64,000 bases of DNA, taken from Bacteroidales bacterium. Its GTDB lineage: Bacteria; Bacteroidota; Bacteroidia; Bacteroidales; UBA932. Both the position numbers and the translations under genes were made by a program. Of this stretch, positions 28,834 to 38,718 are shown in pieces. Position 1 is the stretch's first letter. The number at the start of each line of letters is the position of its first letter. The notes under the pieces are model-generated. The model saw nothing but the letters and a program-made list of their open reading frames with translations, was not told where the DNA came from and ran no database searches. The stretch spans positions 177,637-241,636 of the forward strand of contig JAFPWG010000027.1 of the NCBI GenBank assembly GCA_017395045.1, written 5' to 3'.

Positions 28834-29591
28834 TCCCCATCCTTGCGGCTGCCTTCCTGGCGGTCGGCTGTGAGTTCCTGAAATCCGGGGAAACCGTTTC
28901 GAAGGAAGAGTATGACAGCGTTGTCGAGGCATACGAAGACCTTCGGAACAGCGCAGAACAAACGCGCAGCGAGTATCTGGAACAAACGGTCGCCGTGGAC
29001 AGGATCCTGCAGGAACTGTCGCAGGTTTCCGGCAGTACGGCTGCCCTTCGGACCGATGTGGAGCAGGGGACTGCGCGGCTTACGCAGGTGGAGATGATCG
29101 AAGACAACATCGATGACATCAAAGCCAAGCTGAGCCAGCTGGAACAATTGACGCAAGAAAATACCCAGTTCAAAAGGGTGATCTCCAGCCTGAAAGCGGT
29201 CATCTCCGAAAAAGAGAAGGAGATTGAGAGCCTGCGTGCAGAGATCCAGGACCGTGACCGGACGATTTCCGAGCAGAATGAGCGGATTTCCGCCCAGCAC
29301 GGGACCATCCAGCTTCAGAACGAGACCATTACCGCCCAACAGGAGAACCTTCGGAAAGCTGTCCAGGAACAGGCCCGGATGCTGTTCCAGGCCGGAGAGG
29401 ACTTTGAGGAACTGGGGGATGAGTCACCCACCGTCTCGCGACGGAAAGACAAGGCCAAAGTCAAGTCCCTGACGTTGGAAATGTACGAGAAGGCCATCCT
29501 GTACTATACGAAGGCGCAGGAAACTGGCTACGATGAAGCCGCAACCCGCATCGCGGCGGTGAAAGAGAAGATGTCGGCCCTTACGCAGTAG
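28815..29591 (+). CDS. hypothetical coiled-coil lipoprotein
   Basis: Lipobox FLAVGC. Long heptad-rich E/Q/L region. 19-nt overlap with the previous ORF. Confidence 0.55.
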   Translation: MRTYPIIPILAAAFLAVGCEFLKSGETVSKEEYDSVVEAYEDLRNSAEQTRSEYLEQTVAVDRILQELSQVSGSTAALRTDVEQGTARLTQVEMIEDNIDDIKAKLSQLEQLTQENTQFKRVISSLKAVISEKEKEIESLRAEIQDRDRTISEQNERISAQHGTIQLQNETITAQQENLRKAVQEQARMLFQAGEDFEELGDESPTVSRRKDKAKVKSLTLEMYEKAILYYTKAQETGYDEAATRIAAVKEKMSALTQ

Positions 29592-30225
29592 GTCGCTCTT
29601 CCGCAAACAGTTTATCGAATACGCTCCGCAGGCTTTCCGGGTTCCGGATAAGTTTGCGGAGTTCTTCCAGCCGGGCGGCATTGGGAGACTCCGGAATCCA
29701 AAGTTGCAGGTAACCGCCGTCGCCGTATTTCTCCCGCAGGTGTTCCCATGTTCGCTCCCAGTGACCTTCAGTGTCCAGTTCCGGATAGTGGTCCAGGCCG
29801 AACTGGATCGTACGCCGGACGATGGTCATCGGTTCGATGAAGCGGTCGGCTTCCGCGATCAGGCGGCCGTATATGCTCCTGGGAGCCGTTTTTGAAGAAG
29901 CCCGATGGTCTTCCGCCGCTTGGGCGACCGTTTCCACCTGCAAAGGGGTGAACCATCGGAGGAGACGCCGGTCGGCCCGGATGATCCTGCCGGATTCCAG
30001 ATGGTGCGTGGCCCTGTCGACGGCGAGGCCGGTATCGTGATAGGCCGCGGCCGCATAGACCAAGTCGGAATCTACGTCATAGTAGCGGGCGAGATCCAGG
30101 GCTTGGGCGATCACGTTCCGGACGTGGTCCTCCCGGTGCGCCTTGTCGAAACCCCGGTAACGCGGAATGATTTCCGCCTCGATGTATGCCTCCAGTTCCG
30201 GATTCATCGCTTGCAATTTGGACAA
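29581..30225 (-). CDS. HD-domain phosphohydrolase
   Basis: ...REDHVRNV..., AAAYHDTG (HD motif). Confidence 0.7.
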   Translation of the reverse strand: MSKLQAMNPELEAYIEAEIIPRYRGFDKAHREDHVRNVIAQALDLARYYDVDSDLVYAAAAYHDTGLAVDRATHHLESGRIIRADRRLLRWFTPLQVETVAQAAEDHRASSKTAPRSIYGRLIAEADRFIEPMTIVRRTIQFGLDHYPELDTEGHWERTWEHLREKYGDGGYLQLWIPESPNAARLEELRKLIRNPESLRSVFDKLFAEERPTA

Positions 30226-30260
30226 AGATAGTTAAATTTGTACAAATTGAACCTGACGAC

Positions 30261-31313
30261 ATGATTATCCGAAGCAAAGCGCCGCTGCGGCTGGGTCTCG
30301 CAGGAGGAGGCAGCGATGTCTCTCCCTACAGCGACCTGTACGGCGGCCTGATTCTCAATGCAACCATCAATCTATCGGCCTACTGCACCATCGAGACGAT
30401 GGAAGGGGATACGGTCCGGGTGGACGCTTACGATGCCAATGCGCACGTGGACTGCCCGCTGGGACCGGTGCTGGAAGGAGCCCCGGACCTGGTCCGTGGC
30501 GTGTACAACCGTGTCGTGAAGGATTTCGGCCCGGTTCCCGGCGCCTTCCACATCACGACCAGCAACGACGCACCGGCCGGTTCCGGTCTGGGAACTTCCT
30601 CCACGATGGTCGTCTGCATCCTCAAATGCTTCGCCGAATGGATGAACCTGCCGATGGGGGATTACGAGATCGCCCGCCTGGCCTACGAGATCGAACGGAA
30701 GGACCTGGCCCTGGCCGGCGGCAAGCAGGACCAGTATGCGGCCGCATTCGGCGGCTTCAACTTCATGGAGTTCCTGAAGAACGACATCGTCATCGTCAAC
30801 CCCTTGAAAATCAAGGGATGGATCGTGGATGAACTGGAGTCTTCCATGGTTCTCTACTATACGGGACGCTCCCGTTCCAGCGCCGCCATCATCAGCGAAC
30901 AGCAGAAGAACACCTCCTCCGGGAATGCCGTCGCCATCGATGCGATGCACCGGATCAAGCAGAGTTCGATCGACATGAAACTGGCCCTGCTGAAAGGGGA
31001 CATGGCGGAATTCGGACGCATCCTGGGACAGGCCTGGGAAGACAAGAAGAAGATGGCCGGAGCCATTACCAATCCGGTAATCCAGGAAGCCTTCGACACG
31101 GCCATCGCGGCCGGAGCCACTGCCGGAAAGGTCTCCGGTGCCGGCGGCGGAGGATTCATGATGCTGATGGTGCCTCCCACCCGCAAGACAGCCGTCGTCA
31201 AGGCCCTCGGTCAGTTGCCCGGCCAGGTGGTTCCCTTCCAGTTTACGGAGCGGGGAGCGCACGCCTGGCGCGTGTACGAGACGGACAAGGTCCCCGAGCT
31301 ATGGAAGCGATAA
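30261..31313 (+). CDS. hddA: GHMP-family kinase, D-glycero-alpha-D-manno-heptose-7-phosphate kinase-like
   Basis: MIIRSKAPLRLGLAGGGSDVSPY..., PAGSGLGTSST (GHMP motif II), KVSGAGGGGFMM. Start set at the internal ATG 30261 of ORF 30186-31313. Confidence 0.7.
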   Translation: MIIRSKAPLRLGLAGGGSDVSPYSDLYGGLILNATINLSAYCTIETMEGDTVRVDAYDANAHVDCPLGPVLEGAPDLVRGVYNRVVKDFGPVPGAFHITTSNDAPAGSGLGTSSTMVVCILKCFAEWMNLPMGDYEIARLAYEIERKDLALAGGKQDQYAAAFGGFNFMEFLKNDIVIVNPLKIKGWIVDELESSMVLYYTGRSRSSAAIISEQQKNTSSGNAVAIDAMHRIKQSSIDMKLALLKGDMAEFGRILGQAWEDKKKMAGAITNPVIQEAFDTAIAAGATAGKVSGAGGGGFMMLMVPPTRKTAVVKALGQLPGQVVPFQFTERGAHAWRVYETDKVPELWKR

Positions 31314-32518
31314 TCCTGGCCGGGGGGCTCGGTACCCGGCTGCGTTCCGTCACCGGAGAGGTACCCAAGTGTCTCGCACCCGTGGACGGGAAGCCCTTCC
31401 TCCAGTATCTGCTGGAGTGGCTCTCCCGGTACGATGTCACGCACGTCGTCCTCTCGGTCGGCTATCTCAAGGAACAGGTATTCCGTTTCATCGAATCCCG
31501 TGATTGGCCTTTCGAGATTACCTATGCCATTGAAAACGAACCGCTTGGAACTGGCGGAGGCATTCGCCTTGCCCTCCGTCACTGCCGGGGGAAGCAGGTG
31601 TATGTGTTCAATGGGGATACCTTTTTCAACGTGGACTTGAATGCCCTCCGCTTTACGGCTCCGGTTACGCTGGCCCTCAAGCCCATGCGCGATTTCGACC
31701 GCTACGGCGCCGTGGACTGGGACGGGGACCTGGTCACCGCCTTCCACGAAAAGACACCCTGTGCCGAAGGGCTGATCAACGGGGGTGTTTACGCCCTGGA
31801 CCGCTCCCAGACGGACCTGACCCTGTATCCCAGGAGATTCTCCTTCGAAAAGGATTTCCTGGAGCCGATGGCGGATCTTCACCAGGTGGCCGGACAGGTA
31901 CAGGATGGATGGTTCATCGATATCGGAGTTCCGGACGATTATGCCCGTGCACAAAGGGAACTTCCTGAGATGCAGGCGGTTCTGAAAGCTTCGGATGCCG
32001 TTCTGGCCTCCGGGGCCGACACGCTGTTCCTGGACCGGGACGGCGTTATCAACCGCTGGCTGCCCGGGGATTATGTACGCACCTGGGACCAGTTCGCATT
32101 CCTGCCGGGAATCCTCGAATGTCTCCGCGCCTGGGCCGGGCATTTCAAGCACATCATCCTTGTTTCCAATCAACGGGGCGTCGGCAAGGGAAAGATGACG
32201 CTGGCGCAGCTGGAGACGGTTCACGGGCGGATGCTGGATGAAATCCGGAAGGCAGGCGGACGGATCGACGCCATCTATGTGTGCACCGCCGTCGATGAAA
32301 GCGATTCCCGCCGGAAACCGAATACGGGCCTCTTCAAAGAGGCCTGCCGCGACTATCCGGACATTGCGCCGGAGCGGTCCCTGATGCTCGGGGACTCGCA
32401 GTATGACCGGGAATTCGCCCGCAACTGCGGGATGGATTTCGTCCTGATGGAGACGGCGGATATTACGCTTCGGGCTCGGGAAGCGGCTTCTTCGGATTCT
32501 TCGGGATCCCCAGCTTGA
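31301..32518 (+). CDS. fusion: sugar-1-phosphate nucleotidyltransferase (HddC-like) plus HAD-IIIA heptose-bisphosphate phosphatase (GmhB-like)
   Basis: N-terminus MEAIILAGGLGTRLRSVTGEVPKCL. C-terminus FLDRDGVINRW...ILVSNQRGVGKG...RRKPNTG...MLGDS (HAD motifs I-IV). 13-nt overlap with hddA. Confidence 0.75.
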   Translation: MEAIILAGGLGTRLRSVTGEVPKCLAPVDGKPFLQYLLEWLSRYDVTHVVLSVGYLKEQVFRFIESRDWPFEITYAIENEPLGTGGGIRLALRHCRGKQVYVFNGDTFFNVDLNALRFTAPVTLALKPMRDFDRYGAVDWDGDLVTAFHEKTPCAEGLINGGVYALDRSQTDLTLYPRRFSFEKDFLEPMADLHQVAGQVQDGWFIDIGVPDDYARAQRELPEMQAVLKASDAVLASGADTLFLDRDGVINRWLPGDYVRTWDQFAFLPGILECLRAWAGHFKHIILVSNQRGVGKGKMTLAQLETVHGRMLDEIRKAGGRIDAIYVCTAVDESDSRRKPNTGLFKEACRDYPDIAPERSLMLGDSQYDREFARNCGMDFVLMETADITLRAREAASSDSSGSPA

Positions 32519-33758
32519 CCAGCTGGTTGGCCGATACGAGGATGCTCTGCCCGGAATCACCGATCTTGGCGGAGCATTTTTCGTATTCTTTCACCGCCTC
32601 ATCCAGTTTCTTGCCCATGGCCGCATGGGCCGATGCGAAGTCGGCCACGCGGTCGATCATCGCCTGGGCGGCTTTCACGATCTTCTCCTGGTTCCGGGCC
32701 TGGTCGTAATTGGTCCAGGCGATGCGGATCATCCGGAGGAAGGGCATCAGCGTCTCTTCCGTCGTCAGGAGCACGCCCTGGTTGTAGGCATCCCGGAACA
32801 CATCGGGAGACAGGGTCTTCGCAAGCTGCAAGGCGCCGTAGTTGGGAATGAACATCACCACATAGTCCAGCGTCTTGTATCCTTCCCGGATATAATCCTG
32901 GTAACGCTTGGTGGACAGAGACTTGATCTGTGTCTGGATGGCGGTCAGGTTGCGGCGGGCGGCATCGGCTTTCGCATTCTCGTCCTCGGCGGCGCACCAG
33001 TCCGAATAGGCGTCGAGGGAAACCTTCGAATCGATGATGAGTTCCGTCTTGTCGGGGTAGTGCAGGATGAAATCGGGGCGCATCCGCTTGCCGCTGTCTT
33101 CGTTCAGGACGATGATGCCCATCGCATCCCGGAGCGTCTCTTCCTTGTCGAAATCGCGTCCCTCCACCATTCCTTCCTCGATCAGCATGTTGTACAGGAT
33201 GGTCTCGCCCCAGCATCCGGCCATCTTGTTCTGCCCCTTGAGGGCGGAGGCGAGATTGTCGGCCTTCTGGCCGATGTCACGCGTCTGCGCCGCCAGGTTC
33301 CGGACGGCGCCTTCCAACTGTTCCTTCAGGGAAGCGGAAGATTCCGTATGGCTCTTCTTCTGGGCGTCGAAAGCCTCCTTCATCTCCTTCATGTCCTTGT
33401 CCAGGCTGCCGGAAATGGTCTTGAAAGTCTCTTCAGCCTTGCGGGATAGCTCTTCCTCCCGCTGTTTGAGCAGGCGCTCGGTTTCGGCCGTCATCTCCGC
33501 CCGGATAGCGGAGATCTGCTGCTTCAGGGCAGCGTCGTGAGCCTCCTTGAGGAGGGCGACGGATTTTTCGTGCGAAGCCAGGTCGTTCTCGCGGAGGGCC
33601 GACAGGGACTTGACTTCGCCCTGCGCGGCGATCAGTTGGTTCTCAACGCCGTTCAATGCCTTCCCATAGCGGGATTTCAGGACCAGCCAGGTCACGAGGA
33701 CGGCGATGACGAGGAGGGCGATGGCGACGGGCGCCACGATGATGAGGATCTCTTTCAT
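32463..33758 (-). CDS. rmuC: DNA recombination protein RmuC
   Basis: N-terminal TM, long coiled coil, C-terminal RmuC nuclease-like block (RPDFILHYPDKTELIIDSKVSL...VMFIPN). Confidence 0.9.
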   Translation of the reverse strand: MKEILIIVAPVAIALLVIAVLVTWLVLKSRYGKALNGVENQLIAAQGEVKSLSALRENDLASHEKSVALLKEAHDAALKQQISAIRAEMTAETERLLKQREEELSRKAEETFKTISGSLDKDMKEMKEAFDAQKKSHTESSASLKEQLEGAVRNLAAQTRDIGQKADNLASALKGQNKMAGCWGETILYNMLIEEGMVEGRDFDKEETLRDAMGIIVLNEDSGKRMRPDFILHYPDKTELIIDSKVSLDAYSDWCAAEDENAKADAARRNLTAIQTQIKSLSTKRYQDYIREGYKTLDYVVMFIPNYGALQLAKTLSPDVFRDAYNQGVLLTTEETLMPFLRMIRIAWTNYDQARNQEKIVKAAQAMIDRVADFASAHAAMGKKLDEAVKEYEKCSAKIGDSGQSILVSANQLVKLGIPKNPKKPLPEPEA

Positions 33759-34945
33759 TTCAAGGCAATGGATTGGGCGGCCACGAACCCGGTGGTCCAG
33801 GCGGCCTGCAGGTTGAATCCGCCGGTGACGGCGTCGATATCCAGGACTTCACCGGCAAAGTACAGCCCGGGATACTTCTTGCATTCGAGGGTGGACGGAT
33901 CGATGTTCGACAGCGCCACCCCTCCGCAGGTTACGAATTCTTCACGGAACTTCGTCTTGCCGGCGATCTCATATCTGTCCTGCGTGAGAATGTTTACCAG
34001 TTTGTTGAGTCCCTTGGAACCCAGTTCCGTCCAACGGATGTCGGGACGCAGTTCGGCCTTGGCCGTCAAATGGTTCCAAAGCCTCGCCTGCAAGCCGGCA
34101 GGCGGAGTGTTGGATACTTGTTTCCTGGGATTCGCTTCGGCCAGGTCCAGAAGGAGGGCACGGATTTCCGCTTCGGAAGCATTCAGCCAGTTCACGGACA
34201 AAGGTGCTCTGTAGCCGCTCCCGGCCAGATGGCGGGCAGCGTAGGAAGACAGTTTCAGCACGGCCGGCCCGCTGAGCCCCCAGTCGGTAATGAGCAGGGG
34301 ACCGGAGGCCTTGAAAGCCGTCCCGGGAATGGAGACGGAGGCTTCTACGACCAGACCCATCAGTGCACGGATCGCCTCGTCCCGGATAGTGAGGGTGAAG
34401 AGGGAGGGAACCGTCGGAACCCATTCAAGGTCCAGGCCTTCCAGCAGGGGAAGCCCCTTGGGGGCACCGCCTGTGGTCACGACGACCGAGTCGAAGGTTT
34501 CACCATCCACGAGGAGGCCGCCTTCGGGGCCGGCCTGAATGCTGCGGACCGGGGTGCGGAGCCGGAGGAAGACGCCCTCCATCCGGTGCAGAAGGGCACG
34601 GACGATATCCATCGCATCCTGGGACCTTGGGAACACGCAGTGGTCTTCCTGCAACACCAACGGGACGCCTGCCGCTTCGAACCAACGCCAGGTATCTTCC
34701 TGTGAGAAACAGTGCAGCAACCGCTTCATCAGGCGTTCCCCTCGGGGATAAACCTCTGATAAAGAATTGATTCCTTCGAAGGAGTTCGTCAGGTTGCATC
34801 GGCCTCCGCCCGTAATCGCCACCTTGGCGAGGGGTTTGGGAGCGGCTTCGAAGACATCGATCCGGGCATCCGGAAGCCTCCTCCGCAGTTCGGCGGCGCA
34901 GAAACAACCGGCGGCACCGGCTCCTATGACGGCGATCTTCTTCAT
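33755..34945 (-). CDS. NAD(P)/FAD-dependent oxidoreductase, HI0933/YhiN family
   Basis: KIAVIGAGAAGCFCA, GGGRCNLTN, C-terminal GGFNLQAAW. Confidence 0.85.
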   Translation of the reverse strand: MKKIAVIGAGAAGCFCAAELRRRLPDARIDVFEAAPKPLAKVAITGGGRCNLTNSFEGINSLSEVYPRGERLMKRLLHCFSQEDTWRWFEAAGVPLVLQEDHCVFPRSQDAMDIVRALLHRMEGVFLRLRTPVRSIQAGPEGGLLVDGETFDSVVVTTGGAPKGLPLLEGLDLEWVPTVPSLFTLTIRDEAIRALMGLVVEASVSIPGTAFKASGPLLITDWGLSGPAVLKLSSYAARHLAGSGYRAPLSVNWLNASEAEIRALLLDLAEANPRKQVSNTPPAGLQARLWNHLTAKAELRPDIRWTELGSKGLNKLVNILTQDRYEIAGKTKFREEFVTCGGVALSNIDPSTLECKKYPGLYFAGEVLDIDAVTGGFNLQAAWTTGFVAAQSIALK

Positions 34946-34959
34946 TATGCGGAAAAGGC

Positions 34960-36027
34960 TTAGGCCTCGGAGGGGTCCTCGTCGGGGAGGACGATCTGCT
35001 TGTACTGGTTCTTGCGCTTGAGCCAGCGTTCGCGCGCATATTGCTGCATGTCCGTGATCGTATCGTTCTCGTCGATGATCTCCATGCCCAGGATGGTCTC
35101 GATGATGTCCTCGAGGGTAATGATGCCCTGGAAGCAGCCGTAGTCGTCGATGATGAGGGCGATCTGGTCCTTGGTCTTGAGGAGGGATTCCCAGATGTCG
35201 CTCACGGAAGTTTCCTCGTGGAAGGCAGCGATCTTGCGCTTGATGGATTTCAGGCGGGTGTCGAACTTGTCTTCGGCGAGGTTCTCCAGCACGTCGTAGC
35301 GCATGATATAGCCGGTGATGAACTCGGGGGAGTCGGAATACACCGGGATGCGGGAGTAGTGCGAGAGGTCTTCCTGTTTGTAGAACTGCTTGAGCGTCAT
35401 GCTTTCCGGGGCGATGGCGGCGACCACGCGGGGAGTCATCACGTCATAGGCCTTGATGTCGTCCAGCTTGATGATGTTCTGGATGACCTTGTTCTCGGAA
35501 TTGTCGATCACCCCTTCCTCCTCGCCGATGTTGGCCATGGCGGACACCTCTTCCCGGGAGATCGTCGTGTCGGGTTCGTCACCGGCAAGGGGCTCGCGGA
35601 CCTTCTCGACGATCCAGACCAGGGGATAGAGCAGCACCATCAGGCCCTTCATGATCCTGGAGAGCCAGGTCAGGTCCTTCCAATGGTACAATCCGATGGT
35701 CTTGGGAACGATTTCCGAGAAGATGAGGATCAGGAGCGTCATGATGGCCGATACGAGGCCGAACCACTGGTTCCCGAACAGGAGGGTGGCCTGCTGGCCC
35801 ACGCCGGCGGCACCTATGGTGTTGGCGATGGTATTCAGGGAGAGGATTGCCGTCAGGGGGCGGTCCGGGTTGTCCTTGAGCTTGGCGAAGAGCACGGCGT
35901 TCCGGTCCCCCTCTTCCTCCTTCATGGTAATGTAGGAGATCGGGGTGGACATCAGGACGGACTCCAACAGCGAACACAGGAAGGAAATCGCCATTGCGCC
36001 GAGCAGATAAAGGAGCAACAAACCCAT
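34960..36027 (-). CDS. CNNM/DUF21 plus CBS-pair membrane protein (hemolysin-family)
   Basis: DUF21 TM region (LSLNTIANTIGAAGVG) followed by tandem CBS motifs. Confidence 0.8.
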   Translation of the reverse strand: MGLLLLYLLGAMAISFLCSLLESVLMSTPISYITMKEEEGDRNAVLFAKLKDNPDRPLTAILSLNTIANTIGAAGVGQQATLLFGNQWFGLVSAIMTLLILIFSEIVPKTIGLYHWKDLTWLSRIMKGLMVLLYPLVWIVEKVREPLAGDEPDTTISREEVSAMANIGEEEGVIDNSENKVIQNIIKLDDIKAYDVMTPRVVAAIAPESMTLKQFYKQEDLSHYSRIPVYSDSPEFITGYIMRYDVLENLAEDKFDTRLKSIKRKIAAFHEETSVSDIWESLLKTKDQIALIIDDYGCFQGIITLEDIIETILGMEIIDENDTITDMQQYARERWLKRKNQYKQIVLPDEDPSEA

Positions 36028-36093
36028 GCGGTACGTTTAAATCGTACAAATATAACGTTTTTCGCCCGATTTTTGCTACTTTTGCCGTCGCAA

Positions 36094-36849
36094 ATGAAAA
36101 AGATATTTCTCATATCCTTTTTAGTCCTGCTGTTTGCGTCTGTCGGACAGGCTCAACAGTTGTACAACATGAGCTTCGACCAGTGGTCAAAAACCTCCGG
36201 TGCCTGGAATCTCTACCCCAAGGGGGCCTCGAATTCCCAGTTGGTCTGGGATACGGCCAACCACGGTCTCAGCCTGCTGGGAATCAACGGAACCACGCCT
36301 GAATACAAGCATGTCGCTGTACCCGGAAAGGGGAAGGCGGCCGTCAAGGTGGAGAGCAAGAAGGTCCTCTGGGCCTTTGTCGCCGGAAACCTGTATACGG
36401 GACGTTTCATCCGCATCGTCGATTTCGCTGGTGCGGAACTGGAATTCGGAGTACCCTTCACGAGCCGTCCCAAGAGCCTTTCCGGCTTCGTGCACTATAT
36501 CCCCAAGCCGGTCAATTATGCCAAGGCCCCTTATCTCCATATGAAGGGGAAGACGGATGTCGGCCGGATCGAAGTCATCCTGACCGACTGGAACAAGCCC
36601 TACCATATCGTCACCAACAACGAGGAATTCATCGACGGGGCCACGGATCCGCATGTCATCGGGCGTGCGGTCCTGGACCTGAAAGAGGATACCGGAGGAT
36701 ATGTCCCTTTCGAGATCCCTATCGTTTACAAGAATGGCAAAACACCGAAATATGTAGTGATTACAGTCGCCTCCAGCTGGTACGGAGCCTATTTTACGGG
36801 TGGAAGCGGCAGCACCGTCTATGTCGATGAGTTCCAGTTCAATTACTAA
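36094..36849 (+). CDS. PCMD-domain protein, secreted
   Basis: Signal peptide, then NMSFDQW...WDTANHG...LYTGRF...GVPFTSRPKSLSGFVHYIP as in PCMD proteins. The track ORF 35041-36849 N-extension is antisense to the CNNM gene. Confidence 0.6.
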   Translation: MKKIFLISFLVLLFASVGQAQQLYNMSFDQWSKTSGAWNLYPKGASNSQLVWDTANHGLSLLGINGTTPEYKHVAVPGKGKAAVKVESKKVLWAFVAGNLYTGRFIRIVDFAGAELEFGVPFTSRPKSLSGFVHYIPKPVNYAKAPYLHMKGKTDVGRIEVILTDWNKPYHIVTNNEEFIDGATDPHVIGRAVLDLKEDTGGYVPFEIPIVYKNGKTPKYVVITVASSWYGAYFTGGSGSTVYVDEFQFNY

Positions 36850-36852
36850 ACT

Positions 36853-38007
36853 ATGAAAATCCTCTTTGTCGTCAACAATTATTATGCGTCGGGCAACGGC
36901 CTGTCCGCATCGGCCCGGCGCACGGTCCAATATCTCCGAGAGGCCGGGCAGGAAGTCCGTGTCCTTTCGGGCCGGAACCACGAGGCGGAGACCCCGCAAC
37001 CGGATTACGTCCTGTCCGATTTCCACGTTCCCGTCTTTGACGGACTGATCCAGTCGCACGGCTACAAGTTCGCCAAGACGGACATGGCCATCATCCGGAG
37101 GGCCATCAGGTGGGCGGACGTCGTCCATCTGGAAGAGCCGTTCATCATCCAGATGTTCACCGCGCGGATGGCCAAGTATTACAAGATTCCCTGTACGGCG
37201 ACTTATCACCTGCATCCGGAGAACATGTTCTGCTCGGTCAACCTCGGCGACTGGAAATTCTTGAACTACAATATGCTCCGCCTCTGGCGCGATTTCGTTT
37301 TCGATTATTGCTCGGACATCCAGTGCCCGACGGAGAATGTGATGGAGCGCCTGAAGAAATTCGGCTTCAAGGCGCGTCTGCACCTGATTTCCAATGGGAT
37401 CATCCCTGACAAGATCACCCGTGTGGAGCAGGTGGAGGACCCCACCAGGCCGTTCCTTATCGTCTGCATCGGCCGTTTGGCTGTGGAAAAGGACCAGCCT
37501 ACGCTTCTGGAAGCGATGAAGTACTCCAGGTACGCTCACCGTATCCAGCTCTATTTCGCCGGTCGGGGACCGGAGGCGGACAACATCAAGCAGCAGGCGC
37601 ACAAGCTGTTCGAAGACGGTGTCGTGAAATACGATCCCATCTTCCAGTTCCATGACCGGAACGGACTGCGGGCACTCGCCGCCAAGGCCGACCTTTACAT
37701 CCACTGCGCCACGGTGGAAGTGGAAGGCCTGTCGGCTCTGGAGGCCCTGCAGCAGGCTGTCGTCCCTGTCATCGCAAAAGGGGAGCTTACGGCGACTTCG
37801 CAGTTTGCCCTGGACGAGCACAGCCTCTTCCCGACCAAGGATCCCGAAGCCCTGGCGGATTGCATCGACTACTGGCTGGACCATCCGGAGGAGCGCCACG
37901 AGATGGGATGGCGCTACGCCGAATCCACGGAGGAATACGACATCCACAAGTCCATCGACGCCCTCATCGACATGTTCCGGCTGGCTGCCGGGAAAACGGA
38001 CGAATAG
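36853..38007 (+). CDS. glycosyltransferase, GT4-like (GT-B fold)
   Basis: MKILFVVNNYYASGNG...; C-terminal EGLSALEALQ (EX7E-type). Confidence 0.8.
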   Translation: MKILFVVNNYYASGNGLSASARRTVQYLREAGQEVRVLSGRNHEAETPQPDYVLSDFHVPVFDGLIQSHGYKFAKTDMAIIRRAIRWADVVHLEEPFIIQMFTARMAKYYKIPCTATYHLHPENMFCSVNLGDWKFLNYNMLRLWRDFVFDYCSDIQCPTENVMERLKKFGFKARLHLISNGIIPDKITRVEQVEDPTRPFLIVCIGRLAVEKDQPTLLEAMKYSRYAHRIQLYFAGRGPEADNIKQQAHKLFEDGVVKYDPIFQFHDRNGLRALAAKADLYIHCATVEVEGLSALEALQQAVVPVIAKGELTATSQFALDEHSLFPTKDPEALADCIDYWLDHPEERHEMGWRYAESTEEYDIHKSIDALIDMFRLAAGKTDE

Positions 38008-38009
38008 TC

Positions 38010-38687
38010 ATGGATTTCCGCCTGTACGCTGCCGTTGCCGTCGCGCTCTGCATCCTGTCTGGATGCAAGACCCGGCAGCGTGCGCCGGAGAGTGACGTAT
38101 CCCAGCCGATCGAAGTCTCCGCTCCCGTTTTTACTTCCGAGCCGATACCGCATTCCGTGGAAACCAGGATGCGTGGTAATTCATATCCGGAAGGTGCTGA
38201 GATCAAGTTGAATGAACTTCGTTACCTGAAGTTAAGCTATATTGATTTTGATGGCAAGGAGCAGGTAGGGGAGATGGTGTGCAACAAGGCTGTCGCGGAT
38301 GATTTGCTGGAGATTTTCCGGGCACTGCACAAGGCTCGTTATCCCATCTGCAGCATCCGCCTGATCGACGATTTCGACGGAGACGACGATGCGTCGATGG
38401 CCGCCGACAACACCTCCTGCTTCAACTACCGGAAAAAGACCGGGATGCGTGAACTCTCCAAGCATGCCCTGGGCCTGGCCGTGGACGTCAACCCGCTTGA
38501 AAACCCCTATGTGCGTTCAAACAGGGTTAAGCCCGCCGGTGCCGGCGCCTATGCCGACCGTACGAAAGACTTTCCCCACAAGATTGACAAGGACGACCTG
38601 TGTTACAAGCTTTTCCGGGAACATGGTTTTTCCTGGGGCGGCGTCTGGCGGTCGGTGAAGGATTATCAGCATTTTGAGAAGAATTGA
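38010..38687 (+). CDS. M15-family (VanY-like) metallopeptidase, lipoprotein
   Basis: Lipobox ILSGC; SKHALGLAVDVNP metal-binding block. Start at the internal ATG of ORF 37860-38687. Confidence 0.7.
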   Translation: MDFRLYAAVAVALCILSGCKTRQRAPESDVSQPIEVSAPVFTSEPIPHSVETRMRGNSYPEGAEIKLNELRYLKLSYIDFDGKEQVGEMVCNKAVADDLLEIFRALHKARYPICSIRLIDDFDGDDDASMAADNTSCFNYRKKTGMRELSKHALGLAVDVNPLENPYVRSNRVKPAGAGAYADRTKDFPHKIDKDDLCYKLFREHGFSWGGVWRSVKDYQHFEKN

Positions 38688-38718
38688 CTATCTTTGCATA
38701 GAACCCATGAGAATCCAT

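Noticed and set aside
35041-36093. N-terminal 351 codons of track ORF 35041-36849.
   Set aside because: It is antisense to the CNNM/CBS gene. The real product starts with the signal peptide at 36094.
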